In this document: positions 9,564 through 19,342 of the stretch, in pieces
How the letters are laid out: the number at the start of each line of letters is the position of its first letter
How positions within the stretch are numbered: the first letter of the stretch is position 1
Assembly (NCBI GenBank): GCA_963664705.1
Contig: OY761556.1
Coordinates: 4,544,001 to 4,608,000 of the forward strand
DNA from: Acidobacteriota bacterium
GTDB taxonomy: Bacteria; Acidobacteriota; UBA6911
Direction: 5' to 3'
DNA length: 64,000 nucleotides
Made by a program: the position numbers and the translations under genes
Notes under the pieces: generated by a model
Databases searched by the model: none
What the model saw: only the letters and a program-made list of their open reading frames with translations
What the model was told of the DNA's origin: nothing

Positions 9564-10796
9564 ATGGATCTCAATCGCCGTGACCTACTCATAACCAGTG
9601 CCGGCCTGGCCGCAGGCTTGGCCGCAACATCCCAAGGATCCGCGCAGAACAATTCGCAACCGCCAATTCCCGGACCCGATGCCGCTCCCACGCCCGGTCT
9701 CGGAACCACGGATGTCGAAGCCTATCAGGCGTTAAAAAATGAGAAGACGATTAATGTCATCAACCTTCGCGATCTGGAAGCGGAGGCCAAAAAGATACTC
9801 CCTCCCTATAGCTTTGCCTATATCTCCGGCGGCGCCGGAGATGAATGGACCATGCGAAAGAATGAGGAAGCATTCAATCAGTGGATAATCGAACCGCGCT
9901 TCCTGGCCGGCATCAAGAAACCGGACACGACCACCACCATCCTGGGATCCACGCTGTCTCTCCCGGTGATTACCGCGCCCATGGGTGGTCAGGGACTCGC
10001 GCACGCCCTTAGGGAAATCCCCAATGTAAAGGGAACCAGCCATGCCGGAACCATATACGTCGACAGCTCCGTATCCAATGTGAGCCTGGAAGAGGTCGCA
10101 CAAGCCGCCTCAGGCCCCAAGTGGTTTCAGATTTACTTCCCGGCTAACCGGGAATACGCACGCGAGCTTCTTCACCGCGCAAAAGAATCGGACTACACCG
10201 CTATTGTCCTGACTGTCGACGGCACAACTTTCAGTAACCGCGAACGTACGGTTCGACTCGGCATTTCTCCGCCCAACCTGGGTCCGGGCAACGGAGTGCG
10301 AACTCCGGGAATTGACCCGCGCACCACATCCGAACACAAAATGGACCTCAACTGGAATGATGTAGCCTTCTGCCAGAAAGAAGCCGGACTCCCGGTGATT
10401 ATTAAAGGGATTCTCACGCCTTCCATGGCGTTGGAAGCGGTGCGGCAGGGCTGCGCAGGTATCTGGGTTTCCAATCACGGCGGACGTGCCATCGACAATA
10501 CTGCCCCGGCAATAGCAGCTCTCCCACGCATTGTCGAGGCGGTGGGCGGCAAAACGCTCATCATCATGGATGGAGGAATCCGTCGCGGCCAGGACGTTTT
10601 TCGAGCTCTCGCTCTCGGAGCAAACGTGACCGCACTGGGCAGACCTCTCCTGTATGGCATGGCACTGGGAGGCGCCCAGGGCATACAGGCAGTTTACGCT
10701 CGCCTCAAATCAGAGCTGCAAATGGTCATGCAGCTGGCTGGAACTGCCGGCATTAAGGAAATTACGCGCAATTTCGTGTCAAAATCGGGAATGTAG
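9564..10796 (+). CDS. FMN-dependent alpha-hydroxy acid oxidase with a putative Tat signal
   Basis: VSNHGGR, DGGIRRGQD, IIKGI; N-terminal NRRDLL plus hydrophobic stretch. Confidence 0.9.
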   Translation: MDLNRRDLLITSAGLAAGLAATSQGSAQNNSQPPIPGPDAAPTPGLGTTDVEAYQALKNEKTINVINLRDLEAEAKKILPPYSFAYISGGAGDEWTMRKNEEAFNQWIIEPRFLAGIKKPDTTTTILGSTLSLPVITAPMGGQGLAHALREIPNVKGTSHAGTIYVDSSVSNVSLEEVAQAASGPKWFQIYFPANREYARELLHRAKESDYTAIVLTVDGTTFSNRERTVRLGISPPNLGPGNGVRTPGIDPRTTSEHKMDLNWNDVAFCQKEAGLPVIIKGILTPSMALEAVRQGCAGIWVSNHGGRAIDNTAPAIAALPRIVEAVGGKTLIIMDGGIRRGQDVFRALALGANVTALGRPLLYGMALGGAQGIQAVYARLKSELQMVMQLAGTAGIKEITRNFVSKSGM

Positions 10797-10847
10797 GCAG
10801 TTTTTTGGCATATCAAACAGGCGTGATCTGTCGATAATGATGGGGAC

Positions 10848-11984
10848 ATGTTAGCCGAAAATATTCCAGCCGAAAAATCAAAACCGAATGCGTTTGAGCG
10901 ATTCAATAATGTCCTGAAAATGATGGTCGAAGAGTCGGCCAGCGATCTGCATATCTCCGTTGGAAGCGGTTTCCGCATCCGCGTCCGGGGATCGCTGATC
11001 CCTTCACCGGATTCCGCGCCGCTGACTCCCAGCGAGATTGCATCCATTGCCGGCGGAATTTTGCTCGCAGGACGCAAATGCACAAAGGAAAATCTGGTTC
11101 AGTTTGTCGAGGGCATTACCGATTATGACTGCTCCTACTCTGTCCCGGGACTTGGGCGTTATCGGGTGAATATCTGCAGCCAGAGGCGCTCCCTTGCCTT
11201 GGTTCTCAGGCATATCCCCTACGTGTTGCCCACGATCGAGAGCCTGAACCTGCCCCCTGTGATTGGAAACATCGCATTATCTGAACGCGGATTGGTGCTG
11301 GTCACCGGCATTACAGGCAGCGGCAAATCCACGACGCTCGCCTCCATGATCAACCTGATCAATCGAACACGGCACTGCAAGATAATAACCATTGAGGACC
11401 CGATCGAGTTTTTGTATCGCGACGACAAGTGCAGCATCGCGCAACGTGAATGCGGATCCGACACGGAGAACTTTGCCAAGGCGCTGCGAGCCGCCTTGCG
11501 ACAAGATCCGGACATTATTCTGGTCGGCGAGATGCGCGACAAGGAAACCATCGACATCGCCATCAAAGCGGCCGAAACCGGACACATGGTTTTATCCACG
11601 GTCCACACAACGGATGCCCCGCGGACGATTTCCCGAATTCTCAGCGTATTCGACCCCTCGGAACAGTCTGCCGCACGTTTACGGCTCAGCGAAACGCTTC
11701 TGGCCGTCGTCTCTCAGCGCCTGTTGCCGCGATCGGATGGCATGGGACGCGTCGTCGCCTGCGAAATCATGCGCCAGACCAAAACGATCCAGGAATGCAT
11801 CGCTGATCCCGGCAAGATATTCATGCTGAAGGAATATATCGAAAAGGGACGAGAGCACTATCAAATGCAGACCTTCGATCAGCACCTCAGCGACCTGTAT
11901 CGCCTGGGAACCATCAACCTGGAAACCGCCAAGTCCGCAGCAACCTCTGCCGCCGACTTCGAGCGCAACCTCACATTCCAGTAA
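10848..11984 (+). CDS. pilT: PilT/PilU family type IV pilus retraction ATPase
   Basis: GITGSGKST, TIEDPIE, ALRQDPDIILVGEMRD, AAETGH, MQTFDQ. Confidence 0.88.
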   Translation: MLAENIPAEKSKPNAFERFNNVLKMMVEESASDLHISVGSGFRIRVRGSLIPSPDSAPLTPSEIASIAGGILLAGRKCTKENLVQFVEGITDYDCSYSVPGLGRYRVNICSQRRSLALVLRHIPYVLPTIESLNLPPVIGNIALSERGLVLVTGITGSGKSTTLASMINLINRTRHCKIITIEDPIEFLYRDDKCSIAQRECGSDTENFAKALRAALRQDPDIILVGEMRDKETIDIAIKAAETGHMVLSTVHTTDAPRTISRILSVFDPSEQSAARLRLSETLLAVVSQRLLPRSDGMGRVVACEIMRQTKTIQECIADPGKIFMLKEYIEKGREHYQMQTFDQHLSDLYRLGTINLETAKSAATSAADFERNLTFQ

Positions 11985-12044
11985 ATCACTTTCGCCCGGA
12001 TGCAACGCTCTGATGCGTCCGGGCAATTCCTGCCGCCGAAAATT

Positions 12045-13559
12045 TCAGGAGAGTGCCACACCGGTTTTGCCGTACATCTTTCTCACTTCTTTCCTGAGGA
12101 TTTTTCCCTGAGGGCTTTTGGGCAATTCTGGGACGAGGATATATTCCTTGGGTATTTTGAAGGACGACAGCTTTGTATCCAGGAAAGCCTTCAGTTCTTT
12201 CCTTTCGAGGTGCTGCCCTTTTCGCAGAATGAGAAACGCCACCACCTTCTCCCCCCATTCCCGGTCGGGCACACCGATCACGGCACAGTCTTCAATTTCC
12301 GCCCTGGTATAGAGAGCCTCCTCCACTTCGCGCGGATAAACATTCTCTCCGCCCGTGATAACCAGGTCTTTCAATCGATCAACGATATAAACAAAGCTCC
12401 TGGAATCGACAATACCGACATCTCCCGTACGCAGCCATCCATCGCCCCAGAAAGCCTGCCGTGTACCTTCCGGATTATGCAGGTATCCCTTCATCAGGCT
12501 TGTACCCCTGACGGAGATTTCTCCCTTCTCCCCTTGCGGAACCTGGCGTCCCTCGCCATCCCGTATTTGCAGTTCGACTCCAAATACAGCCTGTCCAACG
12601 GATCCAGAAACATGATGGTCCAGGTGAAAATGGTTATACGTAACCGGCATCATCTCGGTAAGGCCATAGCCATCCGCGATCGTGATTCCGGTAAGATCTT
12701 TCCACTGCTTGAGAATGCCGGCAGCCATCGGTGCTCCGCCTGAAAAGCAGTATCGAACTTTTTGAAATTTCCTGCCCACATCGGGAATATCGATCAGCCG
12801 TGTATATACCGTCGGCACGGCATAAAAGCGGGTAAGCCGGTCGTTATCGAGCAGCCACAGCACGCGATCCATATCGAATGCCGGCATGAGCTCGAGACAG
12901 CCCCCACTAAGCACCGTCGAATTCATGATATATATCTGCCCATACACATGATTGAAGGGCAGGAAACAAAGTGTGTAGTCCGAGTGTGCATATCGCTCAT
13001 ACAGAGTTGTGGACTGGGCGGAAAAGTCGATCCCCTCGTGGGTCAGCATTACGCCCTTGGGATCACCCGTTGTGCCCCCGGTATAAAGAACGGCAACCGG
13101 GTCTCTTCGCTCCCGTTCCACGGTCCTGAAAGCGGCATCTCCGGTTTTCATCACGGCCGCGAAATCCAGATCTCCATCCTCGCAGATGATCTTTTCCAGG
13201 CCGCCGGAGTCTTTGAAAGGCTGCAGCGTTCCAAGCCTGGATCCATCGGTGTAGATTATTCGCGGCTTTGCATGCGCAACCAGGTTGAAGACTTCCGCAT
13301 TTTTCAGAAGCCCTGAGAGCGTGACGGCAACAGCTCCCGTTTTGAGAACTCCAAAATAAAACGCCAGCCATTCAACAGAATTTGGGGCACAGAGTGCCAC
13401 CAGGTCTCCGGGAACAATCCCCAGTTTTACAAGAGTCGATGCTACCCTGTTGGCCATCTCATTGAGTACGCCATAGCTGGTTTCCCTGTCCGCTTCGCGG
13501 ACCGCAGGGTGATCGGGGAAAAATTGAGCCGATGATTCAAGATTATGTGCAAGATTCAT
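12045..13559 (-). CDS. Acyl-CoA synthetase (AMP-forming)
   Basis: YTGGTTGDPKG, GYGLTE, TGD, DRLKD, PQGKILR. Confidence 0.93.
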   Translation of the reverse strand: MNLAHNLESSAQFFPDHPAVREADRETSYGVLNEMANRVASTLVKLGIVPGDLVALCAPNSVEWLAFYFGVLKTGAVAVTLSGLLKNAEVFNLVAHAKPRIIYTDGSRLGTLQPFKDSGGLEKIICEDGDLDFAAVMKTGDAAFRTVERERRDPVAVLYTGGTTGDPKGVMLTHEGIDFSAQSTTLYERYAHSDYTLCFLPFNHVYGQIYIMNSTVLSGGCLELMPAFDMDRVLWLLDNDRLTRFYAVPTVYTRLIDIPDVGRKFQKVRYCFSGGAPMAAGILKQWKDLTGITIADGYGLTEMMPVTYNHFHLDHHVSGSVGQAVFGVELQIRDGEGRQVPQGEKGEISVRGTSLMKGYLHNPEGTRQAFWGDGWLRTGDVGIVDSRSFVYIVDRLKDLVITGGENVYPREVEEALYTRAEIEDCAVIGVPDREWGEKVVAFLILRKGQHLERKELKAFLDTKLSSFKIPKEYILVPELPKSPQGKILRKEVRKMYGKTGVALS

Positions 13560-13642
13560 AAAGGCAGCAGGCAATCAGGGTAGCGGGATAGGCGGAGAGC
13601 TCCCGACAATTTATTGTCGCGAGCCTCTCCGCATTGGGAACT

Positions 13643-14854
13643 TTATTGAACAGCTCCTTCTTCGCGAAGTCGGGCCAAATCTTCCCTGGTGTAACCAAGT
13701 CCCCGGAGCACTTCATCCGTATGCTCGCCGAGCTTGGGCGCGCCGCGCCTCCAGGAGGCCGGAGTATCGCTCAAATCCCACGGAAATCCTATGGTTTTAG
13801 TGGGTCCGTATTCCGGATGCTCGATCTCAATCATATAGCGATTGGCCATGATTTGCGGATCATCAACTACCTCTATGATGTCTTGAACCGGAGTAAAAAT
13901 GCAGCCGTGCTCGCCAAGAATCTGCATCCATTCGTCTCTCGTTTTGCCGGCAAAGACTTCATCGAATATGGCTACCAGCTCCCGCCCATGCTCCGCCCGC
14001 GCTTTGATGCTGTTAAATCGTGCATCATCGATCAACGCCTCCAGGCCAAGAGCGCCGCAGACCTTCGGCCACCATCGGTCCGGATCCAGATGGGCAATGG
14101 CCAACCATTTATCATCCTTGCAACGGTAGTGACTGTATAGGGGATTCCCCGATGCGGCCCTCACAAAGCGCGGAAATACCTGCCGCAGCATTGCCGTCCC
14201 AGACATCAGATGACCCATCAGCGCAACCACGCTCCCCATCAGCGAGGTATCTACCACTTGCCCTTTCCCGGTTCTTTCCCGGGCAAACAGCGCCAGGGTT
14301 ACGCCCCAGGCAGACATCAGCCCGCCCATCTCATCTCCAAGTCCCGGAAGAATCATGCTTGGCGGTGTGCCATTCTCACCCGCAGCCATCATGAGCCCAG
14401 ATCGGGCAATGCCGGTATAGTCAAAGGAAAGGCTGTTGGCAATCGGGCCCTGGCGCCCCCATCCGGATGCATGCGCATACACGAGTCGCGGATTGCGGGC
14501 AAGCAGCTCATCCGGGCCAATACCCAGGCGCATGGGGGCTCCAATGCTCATGTTGTTCAGGAAAACATCAGCGGAATCGATGAGCTTGAGAAAGATCTCC
14601 ATGCCCTTTTCCTTTTTCATGTCCAGAACAATGCCTCTCTTGTTGCGATTGGCATGCTCGAAATAATAGTTGTATCCATGGACACGAAAATCGGCCTCGA
14701 TCGTTTTCATATGACGCCGGGCAGGATCGCCCTCCTTCGGTTCAATCTTGATAACATCGGCGCCAAGATCACCCAGCCTCATCCCGGCAACCGGGCCCTG
14801 CTGAAAAGTGGAAATTTCGATCACCTTGATCCCTGTTAGCGGCCCTTGCGACAT
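13643..14854 (-). CDS. Family III CoA-transferase (CaiB/BaiF)
   Basis: LGDLGADVIKIE, NRNKRGI, APKLGEHT. Confidence 0.93.
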   Translation of the reverse strand: MSQGPLTGIKVIEISTFQQGPVAGMRLGDLGADVIKIEPKEGDPARRHMKTIEADFRVHGYNYYFEHANRNKRGIVLDMKKEKGMEIFLKLIDSADVFLNNMSIGAPMRLGIGPDELLARNPRLVYAHASGWGRQGPIANSLSFDYTGIARSGLMMAAGENGTPPSMILPGLGDEMGGLMSAWGVTLALFARERTGKGQVVDTSLMGSVVALMGHLMSGTAMLRQVFPRFVRAASGNPLYSHYRCKDDKWLAIAHLDPDRWWPKVCGALGLEALIDDARFNSIKARAEHGRELVAIFDEVFAGKTRDEWMQILGEHGCIFTPVQDIIEVVDDPQIMANRYMIEIEHPEYGPTKTIGFPWDLSDTPASWRRGAPKLGEHTDEVLRGLGYTREDLARLREEGAVQ

Positions 14855-15063
14855 GTTCTTCCTCCTGAGGGACAATTCCATTTCTGGCTTAGGTGTTTGA
14901 GTTTAAACCTCAATGACCTGAGGCTCAAAAGAAAACCGGCGTTAATCTTGCACAAGGCACTTCGCAGCCCGACAACTTATCTCCTATAATGAGTCTCCAT
15001 GAGAAACATACGTCCGGAATTCATGCCTCGGCACAGAACGGGTCCCATGGCGGGCCATATTTT

Positions 15064-15693
15064 ATGATTTCGGGTTTCATCGCAGGCCTAATTCTGAGCT
15101 TCGTCGGATCCATGACGCCGACCGGCCCGATTGCGCTGCTTGTTCTGAAATACGGGATGCGCCGTCAGAACCGGAATGCTCTTTTCGTGGCAGCCGGAGC
15201 CGCTCTGGCCGAGTCAGGATATGCGCTGCTCGCATATCTTGGCATCACCTTCGCCTTGTCTCGCTACCGCCTCGAAGCCCCGCAGCTCCGCCTGATATCC
15301 GGCATCATCCTGGCTGCATTTGCTGCGGCCTGGATTATCAGAGGCCACGATTCCAAATCCAAAAGCAGAGATCGGGAATATGTGGGCCGGAGCTTTCTGC
15401 TGGGACTGAGTATTGCCGGGCTCAACCCGACTTTTCTGGTGACCTGGGCTGGTGCCGTTGCCATTGCACGAGGCGCCGGGCTGATTAACGGGTTTCAAGA
15501 CGCTCCCGCTTTTGCGGTCGGAGTGCTGGCGGGACCGATCTTGTGGTTCTCGATCCTCTTGATCGTGCTAACACATCCCGTTAAATCCATCAGTCCGGAA
15601 AGACTTGAAAAAATTGAACGGGCGCTGCCATACATACTGCTGGTATTGGCGGGGATCATGTTGGCTCAGACGCTGATCCCCATGTTCAAATAG
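15064..15693 (+). CDS. LysE family translocator
   Basis: TPTGP N-terminal motif, LNP motif, about 6 TM. Confidence 0.8.
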   Translation: MISGFIAGLILSFVGSMTPTGPIALLVLKYGMRRQNRNALFVAAGAALAESGYALLAYLGITFALSRYRLEAPQLRLISGIILAAFAAAWIIRGHDSKSKSRDREYVGRSFLLGLSIAGLNPTFLVTWAGAVAIARGAGLINGFQDAPAFAVGVLAGPILWFSILLIVLTHPVKSISPERLEKIERALPYILLVLAGIMLAQTLIPMFK

Positions 15694-15717
15694 CGGCCGT
15701 CAAAACTTCAAACCGCG

Positions 15718-16560
15718 CTACCACAGGTTCGCAGCCGCCGGAACCTTTCCCCGGTCCGTCAACCGAATCGCATCCTTCCGGCAAACCGCTCGGCAGATCC
15801 CGCATCCGTAACACTTCCTCGCATCTATCTCCGATTTCTTGCGGCCGGCGGAATAGCCGATAGCTCCGAACTGGCAGACGCGCATGCACTGCCGACATCC
15901 GTCGCATGCCTCTGCATTCATCTCGGCCACATACTCGGCCCGAAACATCGTCGCCGTGCCATGGGTCACCGTCATTTGCATAGCCAGGCAGTCGGGACGA
16001 TCACAATTGCAGATGCCGCCGATGAATGGCGTAAGGAAAGTCCAGACGCTGTGACAAAGCCCTTCCTTTTCATATTCCCTGAAATTTGCCAGAGCTTCCT
16101 CTTTCGTCAGCACCTCGTTCCCTTTGGAATCAGGCCCGCCCAGGAAGCCATGCGTCAGATCGCCAAACACATCCCCAAACTTTCCATCCGGTCCCAGGCT
16201 GATTCCGTAACAATAGCGCTTCTCTTCCCCTGTATTCATGCGTCGGCATAAACAGGATGTGCGGATAATCGAATTGACGAATCCGAAGATGCGTTCGACA
16301 TCTTCGATCGGTACGATCTGTCCGTAATGCAAATCTTTCATTGTACGAACAGTTCTTCTTTTGATCATGCGCTTCAGAATAGCCGGCGCTTTTTCGAGTT
16401 TTTCCATCTGCTCCTGGATATTCCCTGCAGCGGCTGATTTGTCCAGGAATTTGTGGAATGCCTTCTGCCGCTTCGTATCATTCAGCAGATCCATCCCGTA
16501 ATTTTTGGCTTCAAGATACCATTTCCGTCCTTCCCCATGTTCCAGGCAGAATTCACACAT
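15718..16560 (-). CDS. 4Fe-4S dicluster domain protein
   Basis: CDGCRQCMRVCQ and CYGCGICRAVC; additional CLCR and CNCDRPDC. Confidence 0.88.
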   Translation of the reverse strand: MCEFCLEHGEGRKWYLEAKNYGMDLLNDTKRQKAFHKFLDKSAAAGNIQEQMEKLEKAPAILKRMIKRRTVRTMKDLHYGQIVPIEDVERIFGFVNSIIRTSCLCRRMNTGEEKRYCYGISLGPDGKFGDVFGDLTHGFLGGPDSKGNEVLTKEEALANFREYEKEGLCHSVWTFLTPFIGGICNCDRPDCLAMQMTVTHGTATMFRAEYVAEMNAEACDGCRQCMRVCQFGAIGYSAGRKKSEIDARKCYGCGICRAVCRKDAIRLTDRGKVPAAANLW

Positions 16561-16741
16561 ATGGCAGTCTCCTTTGTCGCTAACCAAAGCCGGGCGATAG
16601 ATTGCAATATTGTATCAGAAAATGGGGGAGGTTCGGCTCATTAACCCTTTGTCATGCAGACCATAACAATTTCAACATCGGGTCAGACCTCGACACTGCA
16701 AAAACGGGGGACAAGCAGCCGGACATTCCAGATTGAGCCGG

Positions 16742-17089
16742 CTATTGATTGCCGATCTCGCCGGCACGATAGTCAATCACTCGAATCTTCTCCAATGTGA
16801 CCAGGCCTCCGGTCATAACCTGGTCAAGGAAGGGCAGGAATTCGTTGATCTTCTCCTCCGTATCCACGATTTCGATGACGATGGGCAGATCCAGTGAAAG
16901 CCGGAGAATCTTGTTCGTATGAAGACGGCTGGATTTGCCAAAACCCATCGGCCCGCGAAGCACGGTGGCGCCGGCCATGTGCATTTCACGAGCCTTCAGC
17001 ACGATGGCTTCATAAAGAGGTTGGTGTTTCCATCGATCGCTTTCGCCGATGAAGACGCGTAACAGCATTGCCTCGCTGGGAAGATGCAC
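16742..17089 (-). CDS. DUF190 (PII-like) protein
   Basis: LLRVFIGESD, GATVLRG..GFG, DLPIVIEIVD; adjacent to fluC. Confidence 0.92.
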   Translation of the reverse strand: MHLPSEAMLLRVFIGESDRWKHQPLYEAIVLKAREMHMAGATVLRGPMGFGKSSRLHTNKILRLSLDLPIVIEIVDTEEKINEFLPFLDQVMTGGLVTLEKIRVIDYRAGEIGNQ

Positions 17090-17090
17090 G

Positions 17091-17489
17091 TCAGACTCCT
17101 TTAGTTGGATTCACCCACTGCGCCAGGGCGTAACCGAGCCAAACGGAAATCATGCATAAAACAACGCTCAGAATCATATTGCCGCAGGCATACAGCCATT
17201 CCCTGTCCTGCAGCAGATTCAGCGTCTGCAGACTGAAGGATGAAAATGTTGTATACCCGCCGCAAAAGCCGATCATAAAAAGACTGCGAGCGGAAGGTCC
17301 CAGCAGCAAGCGTCCCTCCGGCGCACTCAGAGTGGCCAGGAAGCCTATCAGGAACGATCCTGTCACATTGATGAATAATGTGTTCCATGGGAAACTGTGG
17401 CCAACACGCTCGGCAATAACACCAGAAGCCCAATAGCGCATTATGCCTCCGGCCGCGCTTCCCAATGCAACCAACAGATAATTCAACAT
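17091..17489 (-). CDS. crcB: Fluoride efflux channel FluC/CrcB
   Basis: GG..RY, TL.IN..GSF, GFCGGYTTFSSF. Confidence 0.96.
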   Translation of the reverse strand: MLNYLLVALGSAAGGIMRYWASGVIAERVGHSFPWNTLFINVTGSFLIGFLATLSAPEGRLLLGPSARSLFMIGFCGGYTTFSSFSLQTLNLLQDREWLYACGNMILSVVLCMISVWLGYALAQWVNPTKGV

Positions 17490-17534
17490 GTTCAGCCCGC
17501 CTGCTTCAGGTTTAGCTTCCAGTATAAAACAATA

Positions 17535-17651
17535 CCAGGAGTCTCAGCCATGGAGTTCGTCGGACGAAGAGGATACTGCGCAGCTTTTGTGCTTTCACCC
17601 GGGACGGAAGCCTGTCCAGGAGGCAGCGGATTTGGTGATAAGGATCACTGC
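17535..17651 (-). promoter_or_regulatory. Possible degenerate fluoride-riboswitch-like leader
   Basis: GTGAT..TCACC-AAATCCGC 5' element and GCTGAGACTCCTG 3' element upstream of crcB; pseudoknot pairing not conserved. Confidence 0.3.
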
Positions 17652-17743
17652 ATTTTGAAGTAGTTGGCATTTAACCTAAGACTCACTGAAAACATTGCCG
17701 CCGCATCCGATCATATAGGATAGATAATCGGCAGGGAGGAAAG

Positions 17744-18193
17744 ATGAAACGCACTGTAAAGAAAACCATTCCATGGATGCTGTGTCTGCTTCTGTCCGCT
17801 TCCATCGCATTTGCCAAAAATCATGGAAAGGGGAAGCATGAAGGCAGAGACGAAGAGGCCAAATCGGTTGGGGCCCACATTCAGGTTGATGTCTTCCTGG
17901 GAAGGCAGCGGGATATGATTCGGCAGCACTATATCGGAAATGAGGGGCACGAATCGCTTCCTCCCGGTTTGGCAAAGCGCGGAGGAGATTTACCTCCGGG
18001 GCTGCAAAAGCAGCTGCGGCGAAACGGACACCTCCCTCCGGGGCTGGAGAAAAAACTCCGTCCGTTTCCTGTCGATCTGGAACGTCGTCTGCCTCCACTC
18101 CGACCAGGCTTGATCCGTGGAATGATCGGAGGGAGCGCAATCATCATGGATAAAAAAACATCCGTGATTCTGGATATTTTTGCGGTTCTATAG
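17744..18193 (+). CDS. Secreted protein with three LPPGLxK repeats
   Basis: Signal peptide; LPPGLAK, LPPGLQK, LPPGLEK; GGAGG RBS. Confidence 0.8.
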   Translation: MKRTVKKTIPWMLCLLLSASIAFAKNHGKGKHEGRDEEAKSVGAHIQVDVFLGRQRDMIRQHYIGNEGHESLPPGLAKRGGDLPPGLQKQLRRNGHLPPGLEKKLRPFPVDLERRLPPLRPGLIRGMIGGSAIIMDKKTSVILDIFAVL

Positions 18194-18210
18194 CGCGGAT
18201 TTCAGGTTTT

Positions 18211-18777
18211 ATGATGAGATGTAGCCCCACATTCGGGAGAAGCAGATTCATAGCATGGGTGCCCTTGATTCTGCTTCTCTATACCAATCCAGCCTTCAAC
18301 GCTCCAGCCGTAAAAAGCCGGACATCGAAAGCCCGACCTCGCATCAAAGCCGTCAGCACTATTACCGCAGAAATGCTGAGCGAACTACTGAAGGTCCATA
18401 ATTCCATCCGGTCCGGGGTAAACCTGCCGCCGCTTCAATGGTCCGCGGAACTGGCGGCCTTCTCTCAAAAGTGGGCAGATACTCTCATTTTGCGAAATGG
18501 CTCCGGCCATAACCCCAACACTCCATACGGAGAGAACATCTTTGTCACGGGGCCCGGATCCACTCCGGCCAGGGTTGTCCGGGAATGGGAATCCGAATCC
18601 CGTGACTACAGCTACCGCACCAATGCCTGCGCCAGTGATGATTGCGGACACTATACTCAGATTATATGGCGCAGCTCTCGAAGGGTAGGATGCGGCGTTG
18701 CACGCACCCCTCGGCGCGAAGTCTGGGTCTGCAGCTACGATCCCCCTGGCAACTACCGCAACGAGTGGCCTTATTAG
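18211..18777 (+). CDS. CAP/SCP (PR-1-like) domain secreted protein
   Basis: HN..R, YGENI, CGHYTQIIW, VGCG, VCSYDPPGN. Confidence 0.93.
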   Translation: MMRCSPTFGRSRFIAWVPLILLLYTNPAFNAPAVKSRTSKARPRIKAVSTITAEMLSELLKVHNSIRSGVNLPPLQWSAELAAFSQKWADTLILRNGSGHNPNTPYGENIFVTGPGSTPARVVREWESESRDYSYRTNACASDDCGHYTQIIWRSSRRVGCGVARTPRREVWVCSYDPPGNYRNEWPY

Positions 18778-18800
18778 CCTATCGGAGTCCGGCGGGATTG

Positions 18801-18968
18801 CTATTTGTGTATTTCCTCTTCCTTTTCGGTATCTTTCAAAGCAGATTTGAAATTCCGTATCCCCTCTCCAAGCCCCTTGCCCAACTGTGGGATTTTGTTT
18901 ACTCCAAAGATAAGAACAACGATTGCCAGAATGACGAGCAATTCGCCCATACCCAATGATCCAAACAT
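18801..18968 (-). CDS. tatA: TatA/E family subunit, second copy (55 aa)
   Basis: Not in ORF track; translated by hand: [45 protein letters not shown]...; GGAGG RBS. Confidence 0.93.
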   Translation of the reverse strand: MFGSLGMGELLVILAIVVLIFGVNKIPQLGKGLGEGIRNFKSALKDTEKEEEIHK

Positions 18969-19003
18969 AAAACCTCCATCCCTTCGTTCAATGCCAGCGA
19001 AAG

Positions 19004-19234
19004 TTACTTTGCTATTTCAGTTGCGGTCGGCGTTTTCTCGGCTGCGGCCACTGCAGCCGTTTTCTCTGCACTCACCTCTTCTTCCCAGGTCTTGACCAGG
19101 TCGCTGGAGGCCTTTTTGAATTCGGCAATACCCTTTCCAAGGGACTTGCCAATTTCGGGAAGCTTTTTGGGACCGAAAACAATCAAGGCAATGACAAAGA
19201 TGACAATCATCTCCTGAATACCAAGATTACCCAT
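19004..19234 (-). CDS. tatA: TatA/E family subunit
   Basis: [34 protein letters not shown]. Confidence 0.95.
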   Translation of the reverse strand: MGNLGIQEMIVIFVIALIVFGPKKLPEIGKSLGKGIAEFKKASSDLVKTWEEEVSAEKTAAVAAAEKTPTATEIAK

Positions 19235-19342
19235 GATTACCTCTCTTTTTCGTATTACTGGTACGGTGGTTCGGAACTGCCCGGATAGAGCTATTCGAGA
19301 GGTGTCCTCCAGAAGGCCCCATGCAGCAGTAAAATGAAACTT

